From: Torpedo marmorata | Lineage: Eukaryota | NCBI GenBank assembly: GCA_977017645.1 | Contig: OZ360220.1 | Coordinates: 85,188,001 to 85,252,000, forward strand | DNA length: 64,000 nucleotides | Reading direction: 5' to 3' | Shown: one piece after another, positions 46,851 to 59,974 of the stretch | How positions within the stretch are numbered: the stretch's first letter is position 1 | Layout of the letters: each line of letters starts with the position of its first letter | Notes under the pieces: generated by a model | Seen by the model: the letters and a program-made list of their open reading frames with translations, nothing else | Database searches by the model: none | Told to the model about the DNA's origin: nothing | Program-made: the position numbers and the translations under genes

Positions 46851-48005
46851 ATAAGAACATAAGAAATAGGAGCAAGAGTAGGCCATCCAGTCCATCGAGC
46901 CTGCTCCGCCATTCTATGAGGTCATGGCTGATCTGATGATAGGCTCATCTCTATCTACCTGCCTTTTGCCCATATCCCTTAATTCCCCTACTACGAAAAA
47001 ATCTATCCAACCTTGTCTTAAATATATTTACTGAGGTAGCCTCCACTGCTTCAATGAGCAGCGAATTCCATAGATTCACCACCCTCTGGGAGAAGCAGTT
47101 CCTCCTCATCTCCATCCTAAATCTACCACCCTGAATCCTGAGGCTATGTCCCCTAGTTCTTGTCTCCCCCACCAATGGAAACAACTTACCTACCTCTTTC
47201 TTATCTATGCTTTTCATAATTTTATGTTTCTATAAGATCACCTCTCATTCTTCAAAATTCCAGTGAGTACAGTCCAAGACGCTTCAATCTCTCCTCATAG
47301 GCTAACCCCCTCATCTCTGGAATCAACCTGCTGAACATCCTCCGCCCCGCCTCCAAAGCCAGTACATCCTTCCTCAAGTAAGAAAACCAGAACTGCATGT
47401 ATTTCTCCAGATGCGGCCTCACCAGTACCTTGTACAGTTGCAGCGTAACCTCCCTGCTCCTAAATTAATTCAATCCCTGTAGCAATGAAGGCCAACATTC
47501 CAGTTGCCTTCTTGATAGCCTGCTGCACCTGCAAACCAACCTTTTGTGATTCATGCACAAGCACTCCCAAATCCTTCTGCATGGCAGCATGCTGCAATCG
47601 CTTGCCATTTAAATAATAATCTGATCTTCCATTTTTCCTTCCAAAGTGGGTAACCTCACATTTACCAATATTGTACTCTATCTGCTAGACCCTTGCACAC
47701 TCAATTAACCTATCTATATCTCTCTCTAAGGACTCTCCGTATCCTCTGCACAATTTGCTTTTCCACTCAATTTAGTGTCATCAGCAAACTTAGATACACT
47801 ACATTCTGTCCCCTCTTCCAGATCCTTAATATATATCGTGAACAGTTGCGGGTCCAGCACTGACCCCTGTGGCACCCCGCTCACCACTGATTACCAACCA
47901 GAAAAACACCCCTGTATCCCAGCTGTCTGCTTTCTATTGGTTAACCAATCCTCTATCCATGCTAATACATCACCCCCAACTCGATGCATCCTGATCTAAT
48001 GTATT

Positions 48006-49480
48006 CAGTGCCCTACATAATGTTTGGGACAAAAACACTTTTTTCCTTTATTTGCCTCTGTGCTCCACAGTTTTAAATTTGTAATCAAACAATTTACATG
48101 TGATTAAAGTGCACATTCCAGATTTTATTCAAGGTTATTTGTATACATTTTGGTTTGACCATGTAGAAATTACAGCATTTTTTATACATAGTTTCCCCAT
48201 TTTAGGGCTCCATAATGTTTGGGACATTTGGCTTCACAGGTGTTTGTGAGTACTCAGCTATGTTTAATTGCTTCATTGGTGCAGGTATAAGAGAGCTAGG
48301 CTTGCTTCTAAGCTTTTGATCACCTTTGGAGCCTGTAGTTGCCATTTTTCAACATGAGAACCAGAGTTGTGCCAATGAAAGTCAAAGAAGCCATTATGAA
48401 ACTGAAAAACAAGAATAAAACAGTAAGAGACATCGCCCCCAACCTAAGGATTACCAAAATCAACTGTTTGGAACATCATTAAGAGCGTACTGGTAAGCTC
48501 AGTAATCGCAAAGGGACTGGTATTCCAAGGAATACCTCCACTGCTGATGACAGAAGAATTCTCATCATAATGAATAAAAATCCACAAACGCCTGTCTGAC
48601 AGATCAGAAACACTCTTCAGGAAGCAGGTGTGGATGTGTCAATGACTACTGTCTGCAGAAGACTTCATGATACAGAAGCTACACTGCAAGATGCAAGCCA
48701 CTAGTTAGCCACAGAAACAGGATGGCCAGATTACAGTTTGCCAAGAAGTGTTTAAAAGAGCCTGCAGAATTCTGGGAAAAGGTCATGTGGACAGATGTGA
48801 TCAAGATTAACCTATTTCAAAGTGATGGCATGAGCAAAGTGTGGAGGTGCAAAGGAACTGCCCAAGATCCAAAGTATTCCACCTCATCTGTGTAATATGG
48901 TGGTGGGGATGTTATGGCCTTGGCATGTATGGCTGCCACAGGTACTGGTGCACTTATCTTCATTGATGATGTAACTGCTGATGGCAGTTGCAAACTGAAT
49001 TCTGAGGTGTATAGGAACATCGTATCTGCTCAAGTTCGCAAATGCCTCCAAACTCATTGGACAGTGCTTCATCCTACAGCAAGACAATGACCCCAAACAT
49101 TCTGCTAAAGCAACAAAGGAGTTTTTCAAAGCTAAAAACTGGAAAATTCTTGAATGGCCAAGTCAGTCACCCAATCTAAATCAATTGAGCATGCCTTCCA
49201 TATGCTGAACAGAAAATTTAAGGGGACAAGCCCTCAAAACATGCAGGAGTTGAAGATGGCTGCAGTAGAGGCCTGGCAGAGCATCACCAGAGAAGATACT
49301 CGGCACCTGGTGATGTCTATGAATCACAGACTTTAAGCAGTCATTGCATGCAAGGGATATACAGCAAAGTACTAAACGTGACTTCTTCAATATACATACC
49401 ATTGCTATGTCCCAAATATTATGGTGCCCTGAAATGAGGGGACTATGTATAAAAAGTGCTGTAATTTCTACATGGTCAAA
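48006..49480 (+). mobile_element. Tc1-family DNA transposon (IR/DR type), right TIR truncated
   Basis: Starts CAGTG; direct repeat CATAATGTTTGGGACA at ~48016 and ~48212; inverted copy at 49408-49480. Confidence 0.92.
48354..49375 (+). pseudogene. Tc1 DD34E-type transposase, frameshifted
   Basis: MRTRVVPMKVKEAIMKL; WEKVMWTDV; GGGDVMA; [14 protein letters not shown]; [11 protein letters not shown]; G..TKY-like end. Confidence 0.9.
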
Positions 49481-49599
49481 TCTTCCCAATCTTCGAGTTT
49501 CTCACTGCTCTTGGCAACCTTGTACGCATGAGCTTTTCGTTTGATGCCTTCCTTTATTTCCTTAGTTATCCAATGCTGGCTGTCCCCACCCTTACTCTT

Positions 49600-50210
49600 T
49601 ATAGTGACTTCAATCCAACAATATTCACTTGGAGGCTAGGTGAGATACTTATCTTTGACGTGTTTCAATTAATTTACTAACAAAGTCTGATATGTTCAAA
49701 AAACTTTATTTACACACGTGACTTGCAGCAATCTTCAATGACTTAAATATCTTCTTTAAATGAAATAAACAGTTCTTGATAATGATGTTTAATGAGTTCC
49801 TTTAAACGATTCCTTTGACTGTATTTAGATGTTCAATTAAATGACTTTAAATGACTTTAAACCATAATGAAACAAGTTTAAATGTTCAATGAAACGTTCA
49901 ATAAAAGATATGGCGATCTCACTCACCCTCCTCTAAGCCGCCATCTTTTTCCAATACTTTTTCCCGATTCGCGCATGCTCAATGCGCATCTTCCACCGCC
50001 AATACTACACCGCGCATACTCCACCGCGCACACACCATTGCGCATACTGCCGTAAATTCCCAACCGCGCATGCGCCCGTCGGCACTCTAGCGCATGCGCA
50101 GAGTACTAACTAGTCCTAGCACGGCCTAACAAACACCGCGACTCCTCCGCAACCCGCCGAGAACATCGGAGCGCCGCGACCAAGGTAAGTAATCAAGCCT
50201 ACGGCTCTTA
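49600..50210. mobile_element. Unclassified 611-bp insertion with 7-bp TSD and promoter-like CpG-rich half
   Basis: TACTCTT duplicated at 49593-49599 and 50211-50217; removing the insert restores the CR1 frame SKKSKGGDSQHWITKEIK. Confidence 0.8.
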
Positions 50211-51929
50211 TACTCTTCTTGCTTTTAACTGGAAAAAACTTTTGTTGAGCACCATGCAAAATCTCTTTGAAAGTCCTCCACTGTTCCTCAACCATCGCTC
50301 CATATAGCCTACGTTCCCAGTCTACCCTGGCCAACTCATCCCTTATCCCCTTGTAGTTTCCCTTGTTTAGGCATAATACACTGGTTTTAGACCGAACCTG
50401 TGTACCCTCCATTTATATGAGAAACTCAGTCATACTGTGATCACTCTTTCCAAGAGGATCCCTAACTACAAGATCACTAATTTTACCTGTCTCATTGCAC
50501 AGCACCACATTCAAGATAGCATGTTCCCTTGTACGTTCAGTAACATGCTGTTCAAAAAAGCTATCACAGATACATTCTATGAAGTCCTCCTCAAGGTTGC
50601 CTCGCACAACCTGATCCACCCAATCTATGCATGTTAAAGTCCCCTCCGATATTTCTTGGTTGATTGGCTGTGCCACTGTAATGTTATTATTGGGTGGCCT
50701 ATAGACAACTCGCATCAGTGTTTTTTTTTCCCTTTACTGTTCCTAATCTCGACCCAGATGGATTCAACATTTTGCTCCTTAGATCTTACATCATCTCTCA
50801 CTATTTCCCTGATCTCATCCTTAACTAAGACCGCTAACCCACCTCCCTTACCTTCCTACCTGTCTTTCTGTATTACCTGATATACTTGGATATTTAATTC
50901 CCAATCCTCTCCACCGTGCAACTATGTTTTTTTAATGGCCACTATATCAAACCCCTTTGTACTGATTTGTATCACTTGTTCACTGACCTTGTTTCGAATA
51001 CTATGGGCATTCAGATAAAATGCCCTTATACTCATTGTGCTTTTAAAATCTGGTCATTTTTTCCTCTTTTGCACTTGATTTTTATACACTCTACTCTTAC
51101 TTTTCTCTTTTTTAACTTTTGCTTTTACTTTATCCACACTCTTCTCTTTTACTTTATGCACCCTTTTCCAATCTGTTGAACCCACCCCCCTACCATTTAG
51201 TTTAAAGCCCTGTTCACAGTCCTAGTTATGCGATTCGCCAGGATCCAGGTCCCATCACGGTTCAGATGGAGCCCATGCAAGTTGCCAACAGCCCGCAGCC
51301 TGTGTGGATCCTTCAGCCGCTGAGCCCCTCGCTGGTCCACTGCCGTGGTCACCATGCTGTAGGGTTTTCTTCCATGATTCTCCTCAACGGGGGGTGGGGG
51401 GGGAGGGGGAGGTATTCTCCCCTTTTCCTGGGCCCTGCGCTGTTCCGCTGCTACCCCGGAGTCTGCAACTCTCGTGGCTGCTGCCCAGCAGAGGTGCCGC
51501 TATCTTGGGCACTGACCAGCCGTTGCAGGATTTAAAAATAAACGTCAGCTTCTTTAGCAGGCTATCCAAAGGTTGTACAGGGCCGTCGGCATCACAACTG
51601 GGCAGTAGGACCCTGCGGAGCAGCGCTGTGTCTCCGCTCCCCACTCTCCCGAGTCTGCACCAGCGTCAGTGCTGCCGTTGCAGCAGCTCCGGCAGCGCCG
51701 GCATTTTTTAAATTGTAATTTGCCAAAAGGAGGAGAGTGTTGGTAACTCAACAGTCTCCAAACACCTGATCAAGCATATTCATATTGTACCAAAAAACAT
51801 GACTTTAGGTTAACATGAACTCAATCTAGTTAGTTTTCACTCATTTTGAAGCAAAGTGATAATCTCAAAAGCAGTGGAGAGATGCAATGCCAAAATTCTC
51901 CCAGTCTATGACGGAAGCAAAAGGCAACA

Positions 51930-52186
51930 TGTTTAAATTTAAAATTTTAATTTAGACATACAGGACGGTACCAGGCTATTTCAGCCCATGAGCCCGTGCC
52001 GCCCAATTACACCCAATTAACCTACAACCCCGGTACGTTTTTGAACGGTGGGAGGAAACAGGAGCCCCCGGGGAAAACCCATGTAGACACAGCGAGAACG
52101 TACAAACACCTTACAGACAGCTTGGGATTCAAACCCCTGTCCCGATCACTGGCACTGTAAAGGCGTTGCGCTAACCATGCCACCCT
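51930..52186 (-). mobile_element. HE1-like V-SINE
   Basis: Same family as 42070-42330. Confidence 0.88.
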
Positions 52187-52864
52187 TTATTCCACTGCTG
52201 ATATCACTCAGAAAACTTCCAATCCCCAGTGACACAGAAGTATATCTGAGATTAGAAATTAATTCCCTGATTGAATATGCAATGTTAGAATTGTCAAATT
52301 TTACTTGCATTTGGGCATTGAACATTATGGGACAACAGAAAGGCTCAACACCAGTTTGTCAATACAATGTACATAAAATACTGTCCATGCGAGTGATATA
52401 CACATCCCAAGAACAAGCAGTACGGCCATGTGCTGATCCCATTTCCTGAATATAGCTGGCAGTGAATTGCTTCTCAGCACAATCTAGTAGGATTCAATGC
52501 AGAGGTTAAACCACTTTTTTTTTAAGAAGGTGACTTGCATTATGTTTATTTTAGTCATGGGCACTGATAGCAAATCATTGGTCTTTACTTGTAGATTAGT
52601 TTTCACTTTGAGTAAACATGACTCACTATATTTTAGATATTTTTATTACGGGAGGTAGGCACAACTGACAGGACCAGCATTTATTGCCCATTATTAATTG
52701 CCCTTGAAAAGGATGATGGTGAACAATTCTTCTACGCCGACAGAATTGTTGGGCGGAGAATTCCAAGCTTTAAACCCAGTGATGATGAAGGAAAGGTAAT
52801 ATATTTGTAACTCAGAATGGTGTGTCACCTGTTTCCAATCGCCTATTGTACTTAGTGGTCGAGA

Positions 52865-53140
52865 TTATTTTTAAAAATTTAAAAATTTTAAATTTAGACA
52901 TACAGCACGGAAACAGGCCATTTCAGCCCACGAGTCCGTGCCGCCCAATTTACACCTAATTAATCTACACCCCCGGTACATTTCGAACGGTGGGAGGAAA
53001 CCGGAGCCCCTGGGAAAAATCCACGCAGTCACGGGGAGAATGTACAAACTCCTTACAGACAGCGTAGGATTCGAACCCCAGTCCCGATCGCTGGCGCTGT
53101 AAAGGCGTTGCGCTAACCGCTATGCCAACCGTGCCAACCC
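52865..53140 (-). mobile_element. HE1-like V-SINE
   Basis: Same family; GGATTCGAACC reverse B-box. Confidence 0.9.
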
Positions 53141-53542
53141 TTGGTGAATTATGGCAGTGTCGTATAGTGCCCAAAAATAGTATTGTGTGTCTGACTTTCT
53201 TGACCAATGGATTATTATCCCAGTTAATGACAAAATGTAATGTAAGGATACTTGTGAAGATATCTTTGAAGAATTAATATGTGCTGTGGATAAAGTAGAT
53301 GTACAGAGGTCCAGAAGGCATCTGATAAATGTTCACTAGTTTGGAAAGTAACATATTGAAGTGGATAGAAAGTTGCAGGGTAACCAGGGAACAGAGCTGC
53401 CGTAAATGTGTCTTTTTCTGGCTCCAAGATGTAATGAGTGATGAGCCACAGGAACTGGTGCTTGTGTCTCAATTTGTTTTTACAATTAAAATAAATGACT
53501 TGGGCTTGGATGAAAGCAGAAGGGTATGAAAAGATAAAGTAA

Positions 53543-53945
53543 AAAACACAAATGCTGGAGAAACTCAGCAGGTCAAACAGTGTCTTTTATGTAGCAAAGG
53601 TAGAAATACATAACCGACGTTTCGGGCTTGAGCCCTTCATCAAAGTATGAGAAAATGCCGGCAGGCGTCCGAACAAAAGAGTGAGGAGGGAAGGGGAGGG
53701 GGGTGGCAAAGGCAGGAGATGATAGGTGGAGAAAGGAGGGAGGGGACAGCAGCAAAGAGGGGGAGGAGGGATGGCTGGGTGGGTGGAAAAAAACAGGAAG
53801 GACAGGTGAGGGGGGAGGGGAAGGAAACGACAAGCAGGTTTAGTGGAAAGCAGAAAAGTCAATGTTAATGCCATCTGGCTGGAGAGTGCCCAGACGGAAA
53901 ATGAGATGTTGTTCCTCCAATTTGCGGGTAGTCTGGAATAGCTGA
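53543..53945 (-). mobile_element. Penelope-like element 3' end with pLTR/hammerhead motif
   Basis: RKLEEQHLIFRLGTLQPDGINIDF on - strand; TTGATGAAGGGCTCAAGCCCGAAACGTC at 53616-53643. Confidence 0.88.
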
Positions 53946-54331
53946 GAATGTCAGTTGTGGAGAAGATGCAAGGCAACTACAAGAGAATATACACAGGTTA
54001 ACAGTATAAGTCAGTAGGGTAAGTTCTGATAAATGGAGTGTAATGTAAGAAAATGTAAAATTGTCCTTTTTGACAGGAAAAATTAGAAAAAGAAGCGTAT
54101 TATCTGAATGAGAGTTCACAGAGGGATCTAGACATCAGAGTGCATGATTTGGAAAAGGCAAATGTGCAGGTAAGCAAGTAATTAGGAAAGCTAATGGAAT
54201 GTTCTACCTATGGAAATTGAATACAGATGAAGAGAGATCATGTTTCAGTTATGTGGTGCATTGATGTGATCATATCTGGAATACTGTGAACAGTATCTAT
54301 CTTCTTAAATAACGAATGATATAAATACATT

Positions 54332-55559
54332 TTTAAAAAATATTTTATTTAAAATTTTAAATCACAAAATACATAAGGTAAAATATAAAATTATCAAAAT
54401 ACTTGTGATACATTTTCACCCCCCCTCCCACCCTCCCCTCCCTAACCCTCCCATCCCTACTAATCTAATAAAATAAAAAGAAAAAGAAAGAAAAAGAAAA
54501 AGATAGTAAGGAGAATGTCAATCTAAAAATAAAACATCTATAAACTAATTTTATTATGGAGGTTAGGTTCGCCAGTAGAGCCGATGTCCAGAGATCTTCA
54601 AATCCTTAAAACGACAACTTTCATATATGGGCTCCAAATTTTTAAAAAGAAATGATATTTATTACGTAAATTGTAAGTAATTTTTTCAAGTGGTATACAT
54701 GAACGAAGTTCTGCATGCCATCTTTCTAACCCTAAATCTACATCAGATTTCCAAGTAATAGCAATACATTTCTTTGAAACAGCTAAAGCAATTCGCAGAA
54801 ATTCTATTTGATACTTGTTTAATTTCATCTTAATACTAAATTTTTTAATATCTCCAAACAAAAATATCATAGGATCCATTGGAAATGTAATCTTAAATAC
54901 TTTATCTAAAAATTTTTTAACTTTCAACCAAAAATCATAAACTTTTGGACAAAACCATGTAGAATGTACGAAAGAACCTTCCTCTTTATTACATCTAAAA
55001 CATAAACCTGATAATGTCGGATTACATTTCTTTAATTTTTTAGGTATTAAATATAACTGATGAAAAAATTATGTTGCACTAATCTATATCTAACATTAAT
55101 AATCTTTGTCATACTTTGTTTACATAATTCTTTCCAATGTTCTTTGTCTATTGTTACATTCAGATCTGATTCCCAATTTAATCTTGATTTATGAATTCCT
55201 ACTTTAGGAATTTTCCTCTGAAACAATCTATACATTTGAGAAATAAATTTATTTACATCTCCTTTAGTAACTAATAATTCTAATTCATTCTGTCTTGGTA
55301 AGATCAAACTATAACCTAATTTCCCAACCAAAAATGCTCTAATTTGATAATAATCAAAAAGTGTATTATCCAATATATTGAATTTATCTTTCATTCTTTG
55401 AAAAGTGATACCTTTCCCAGCTTCAAAACAGTCATTTATTTTCTTAATTCCTTTTTGAAACCAAATTTTAAATAATTGATTATTAATAGTAAATGGAATA
55501 AGTTCATTTTGATATAAAGGCATCTTTGGAGAAATCGTTCCTTTTCCTCCTATTTCCTT
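54332..55559 (-). mobile_element. 5'-truncated L1/Tx1-clade LINE, same family as 29869-31194
   Basis: 17-bp TSD AATGATATAAATACATT (54315-54331 and 55560-55576); near-identical C-terminus ERWHAELRSCIPLEKITYNLRNK; one frameshift near 55050. Confidence 0.92.
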
Positions 55560-55619
55560 AATGATATAAATACATTGAAAGCATTTTAGGGAAGGTTCAC
55601 TGGACTGATACCTGGAACG

Positions 55620-56840
55620 ATACACCAAAGTGTTGGAGGAACTCAGCAGGTAATGCAGCATCCATGGAAAGCAATAGACAGTTGATGTTTCGGGCCTGAG
55701 CCCTTCATCTGGAATGCCAAAGATCGGGCAAATGCCCAAATAAGAAGGTGGGGATGGGATGGGGAAGGGAGGGGGGTGGAGGAGGAGCACAGGTTTACAG
55801 ATAGAACATAGAACACTACAGCACAGTACAGGCCCTTCAGCCCTCCATGTTGTGCCGACCCATATATTCCTTAAAAAAAAGTACTAAACTTTCCCTACCC
55901 CGTAACCCTCTATTTTTCTTTCATCCATGTGCCTGTCTAAGAGTCTCTTAAATACCCCTAATGTTTCAGCCTCCACCACCATCCCTGGCAAGGCATTCCA
56001 GTCATCCACAACTCTCTGCATAAAAAAACTTACCCCTGATGTCTCCCCTAAACTGAATGCACGTGGGCGGGGAAAGAAAAGAAGAGGTTAAGAGGTGATA
56101 GAGGGTGGGGGCAGAGAGCTGAGAAAAATGCTCTCTGATAGGATGAACGAAGGGAAGGGGTGGAGAACTGGAGGAAGGAAGGTGTGCGGGACGGGCAGGG
56201 GAAAGAGATGGAATGGAAAGGAGTCAGAGGGATGAGGGAAAGCAAGGGGGAAAAAAGAGAAAGGAGAAATTGAAGAAGTTGATATTGATGCCGTCTGGTT
56301 TAAGAATTCCAAGACAGACAATAAGGTTTTGTTCTTCCAATTTACGTATGGCATCAATTTGGAAGTATAAGAGGCCGTGGACAGACATGTCATTGTGAGA
56401 ATGGGGTGTGGAATTAAAATGGTTGGCCACTGGGAGATCCTTGCTGTTGCAGCAGACAGAACGAAGGTGCTCAACAAACTAATCCCCCAATCTGCGTCCA
56501 GTCTCACTGATGTAGAGGAGGCACCGGACGCAATAAGTGACCCCCTCCCAATAGATTCACAAGTGAAGTGTTGCCTCACTTGGACGGACTGTTGTGGCCT
56601 CGAATAGTGAGGGTAAGGGAGGAAGTCTAGGTGTGAGTGTAGCATTTCTTGCGGTCACAGGAGTAAGAACCAGGGGTGTCGATTGGTAGGAAGGGATAAG
56701 GGGACAAGGGAGTGGCGGAGATAGCGATCTGTATGGAAAGCGAAGAGGAGAGGGGAGGGCAGGGGAAGATATGTCTGGTAGTGGCTTCATGTTGTAGCTG
56801 GCAGAAATTGAGGAGAATAATATGTTGGATGCAGATACTT
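55620..56840 (-). mobile_element. Penelope-like element fragment (GIY-YIG + pLTR) with a CR1 tail nested at ~55800-56052
   Basis: VQVRQHFTCES, ANHFNSTPHSHNDMSVHGL..RKLEEQNLI..LKPDGININF; pLTR at 55620-55745. Confidence 0.85.
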
Positions 56841-58859
56841 TGAACGGGTGGATTGTCTTTTGAAGAAAGGTTAGTCAGACCAGACTTGTACCCTCTTGAG
56901 TTTAGAAGAGTGAGGGGACTTGATTGAAAATTCTAACAGAGTGGATGTGGAAAGGAGAATTTAGGAGGGGTCACAGTTTAGAAATAAGAAGGTGTCACCC
57001 ATTTTAAATAGTGAAGAGGATTTGTTTCTCTCTCAGAGCATCAAGAGGCTCTGGGACACTCTCTGAAAGGACAATTGATACATATTCTTTGAATGTTTTA
57101 GCCAACTCCCAAAGAACATGGGAGGTGAAAAGTTACCAGAGAAAACAGAAATGCAGAGTTGAGGATACAGTCAGATCAGTCATGATTTTATGGAATTGTG
57201 GAACAGACTCAGAAATTGCCTACTCCCATTCCTAATTCATATGTTTGTGCGTTTGAATTTCAGTACTCTGCCAAACAAAAATATAATAGGAGAATTCAAA
57301 GACAAAATATTAATATGACCATCATGGTCAAGAATTCTTGTGCCTTTATGTGAACTTGTTTTCATAAAGGATCTACAAAATATGCACCATTAGTTGAGAA
57401 AAACTTTCTGTCCCAGAAAGTACGAGTCCTCAGTCGATAAGTTAGTTAAACATTGAGTGTCAAAGATTATTGGCTGAATGCCTTCCACAAATAAATCCCA
57501 TCTGATGCAGGTGGTTTAACTTGATAACCAAGTGAATAAGACAAATTGCTACATTTTTGCTAACAATTTAGGATTTAACTAGAGACTATTATATAGGAAA
57601 GCAAACTATGTCCATATGGAAAGTTAAATAAATCACTCCCTCCTTCCATGATTATGGGATCATGCTTGTCACATTAGAATGTATCAACTCCAAAAAGTTG
57701 AAGAATTTGGAACAAGACACTGCATGAATAGGTCATACAAGCGTCACAAAGTGTACTGATTCGCCTTCATATCGCAGTAACCTTTAGCCTTTGGCTGTTA
57801 AATTGCAAAACAATTTTAAAGGATTGACTGCCAAGCTTCATCAATGTTCATTTTACAAGTTTCAGTGATCGTTAATATTTATGAAAAATAAACATTTGGA
57901 CAAATTGAATGGAATGATATACACCTAAAATTAAGGATTTCAATTGGTAGAAAAGTATTCATTTACTACAAGAATAAGATGATTTGTTATACAAAACAAA
58001 TTAACTAAATTATGTTGTTCTCATTAGCCCAAAGGGAAAAAGTCTGCATTAAACATAAATAGTTTTTAACTGAAGTTATCGATGAGGAGCAGTTCAAATG
58101 TGCAGTTCTTTCATACTAAAGTAAGGTAATGCACTCAGCCTCAGGTGGAGCATAAGCAAAAGAGTTCTATTCAAGACATGAGCTAACAACCAGTGTCTGG
58201 ATGCAACAATGTATTAGTTTTGCCATCCGAAGCTTTTCCATTCTTAAAGGCATCTAACACGTGCTTCAAATAAATCTACATTTAATTATTATAGGCTAAA
58301 CCGTGTCCTCAGTGGAAATGATGAAATATTAGCAGTGTATCTGGTGTGTAGAATATCTAAATATAATTAGATATTCAGGATCAATCTCAGAAGCATTTTG
58401 CCTGTCTACTCCAAAAATGAAGGAAAGTCCAGCCCCAAATGGCAATTGCAGAACATGAACAAAAGTAGGGGCACGCACAAGATTTAAACTTTGAACAGTT
58501 TAGGAGATGCACAAGGTGATTCTTTAACATTTATACAGTGATTGTGTGTGGATACGTCCATAACCCACCTTTATACATTTTTTTCTTAATTATTTTGCTT
58601 GGAGCAAGGACCTGTGAATCTGCTTCCTCTACCTTCTTGACCTTCCCCTGAACTAAAACTAAAATGTATGGATGCAACAGTATCTTTGTGCCAAATAACT
58701 TTCTTCCATTTGAGATGTCCCAGTTTCCAAATGCTCAACAATTCAAAGAAATAATATAGCCATCCATTAAAAAAAATGTTTATTTAATTAATTCTGAAAG
58801 GGCAGGTACCACCAAAAGAAGTCAAATTACTCATTTAAATACTAGATGAATGAGGATAA

Positions 58860-59164
58860 ACAATTTTTTAAATTTTAAATTAAATTTAAATTTTTTAATT
58901 TTAAATTTTTTTAAAGTTAGACATACAGCATGGTAACAGGCCATTTCGGCCGTGAGCCTGTGCCGCCCAATTACACCCAAGTGACCTACACCCCTGGTAT
59001 GTTTTTTGAATGGTGGGAGGAAACCGGAGCCCCCGGGGAAAACCCACGCAGACACGGGAAGAACGTACAAACTCCTTACAGACAGCACAGGATTCGAATC
59101 CCGGTCCTGATCGCTGGTGCTGTAAAGGCTTTGCGCTAACCGCTACGCCAACCGTGCCGCCCCT
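58860..59164 (-). mobile_element. HE1-like V-SINE with long AT tail
   Basis: Full head, V-domain and tail. Confidence 0.9.
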
Positions 59165-59339
59165 AAACAAAAGATATTTCTTTCCAATTGCAGGTTCTTG
59201 AAACCAATTTTATTCCTATTTATCTGATGAAATACATAAGGACTAAAATCCAGGAATTTAATAAACTCGGCTCACAATGAAAACATTACATTCATTGTAG
59301 AATCAATTAGCAACATTGCTGTAAATATTGCAAAGAGTG

Positions 59340-59507
59340 AAAAACAAAAGTCTGCAGATGCTGTGATTGTAGTAAAAACACAGAAATGCTGGAGGAACTC
59401 AGCAGATCTCGCAGCGTCCACAGGAGGTAAAGATATATAACCGATGTTTTGGGCCTGAGCCCTTCTTCAAGGTGTGAGTAAAAAGCAGGCAGGCGTCTGA
59501 ATTAAAT
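59340..59507 (-). mobile_element. Solo Penelope-type pLTR
   Basis: Matches 37990-38150 (CTGCAGATGCTGTGATTG..GCTGGAGGAACTCAGCAG..GAGCCCTTCTTCAAGG). Confidence 0.8.
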
Positions 59508-59974
59508 TGTGTAAAGTCTAGTTCCATGGAGTACAGCTTCTACATAATGTAAAACTCAGGATTTTGGTGAATGGGGTATTTTAAATGTTCTCGGGTTTGA
59601 CTTCTTTGTGGAATTTTTAAAAAAATTACTGGTAAAGTATAACTTTGATATTAACCCATAGTTTCTTTCACATTGTTAGTCAGTAGTAAAGAAACTTCTT
59701 GCTTGTGGCAGTGGCACAATTAACCACGTGGCTAGCCAGAACAGATTACAAGGTAATTATTGTTGGCAGGGGCTGCCTCAGGTCTTTCGATTTGCAATGA
59801 CCATAATTGCCTAAAGGTTTATGCTCGCACACATAATAAAACGCTACAGTGTCCAGTTCCTTGAAATACTGCTTTTGCAGAATACACCATTAAGCTTCTG
59901 GTGAGTGGGCATTTTGGTGCAGGGGGAGGAAAAGGAATATTCCAGAGCAGATCCGACCTGTGGAACACGCGCAG

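Larger units (their letters stand above)
46850..51278 (-). mobile_element. Long CR1 LINE (ORF1 esterase end, APE, RT, tail), interrupted by Tc1 and a 611-bp insert and partly deleted
   Basis: GLHLNRDGTWILANRI (SGNH-type ORF1 end); VVYRPPN, PLGKSDH (APE); [18 protein letters not shown] (RT); FSQRVVNLWNSL; (TTCTTAT)n tail. Confidence 0.92.
53300..57245 (+). mobile_element. Old CR1 LINE scaffold hosting Penelope, L1 and CR1 insertions
   Basis: Interspersed CR1 pieces at ~53300-53530, 53950-54330, 55560-55620 and 56845-57245 (QRDLDIRVH, HLEYCEQY, EFRRVRG, tail). Confidence 0.7.
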
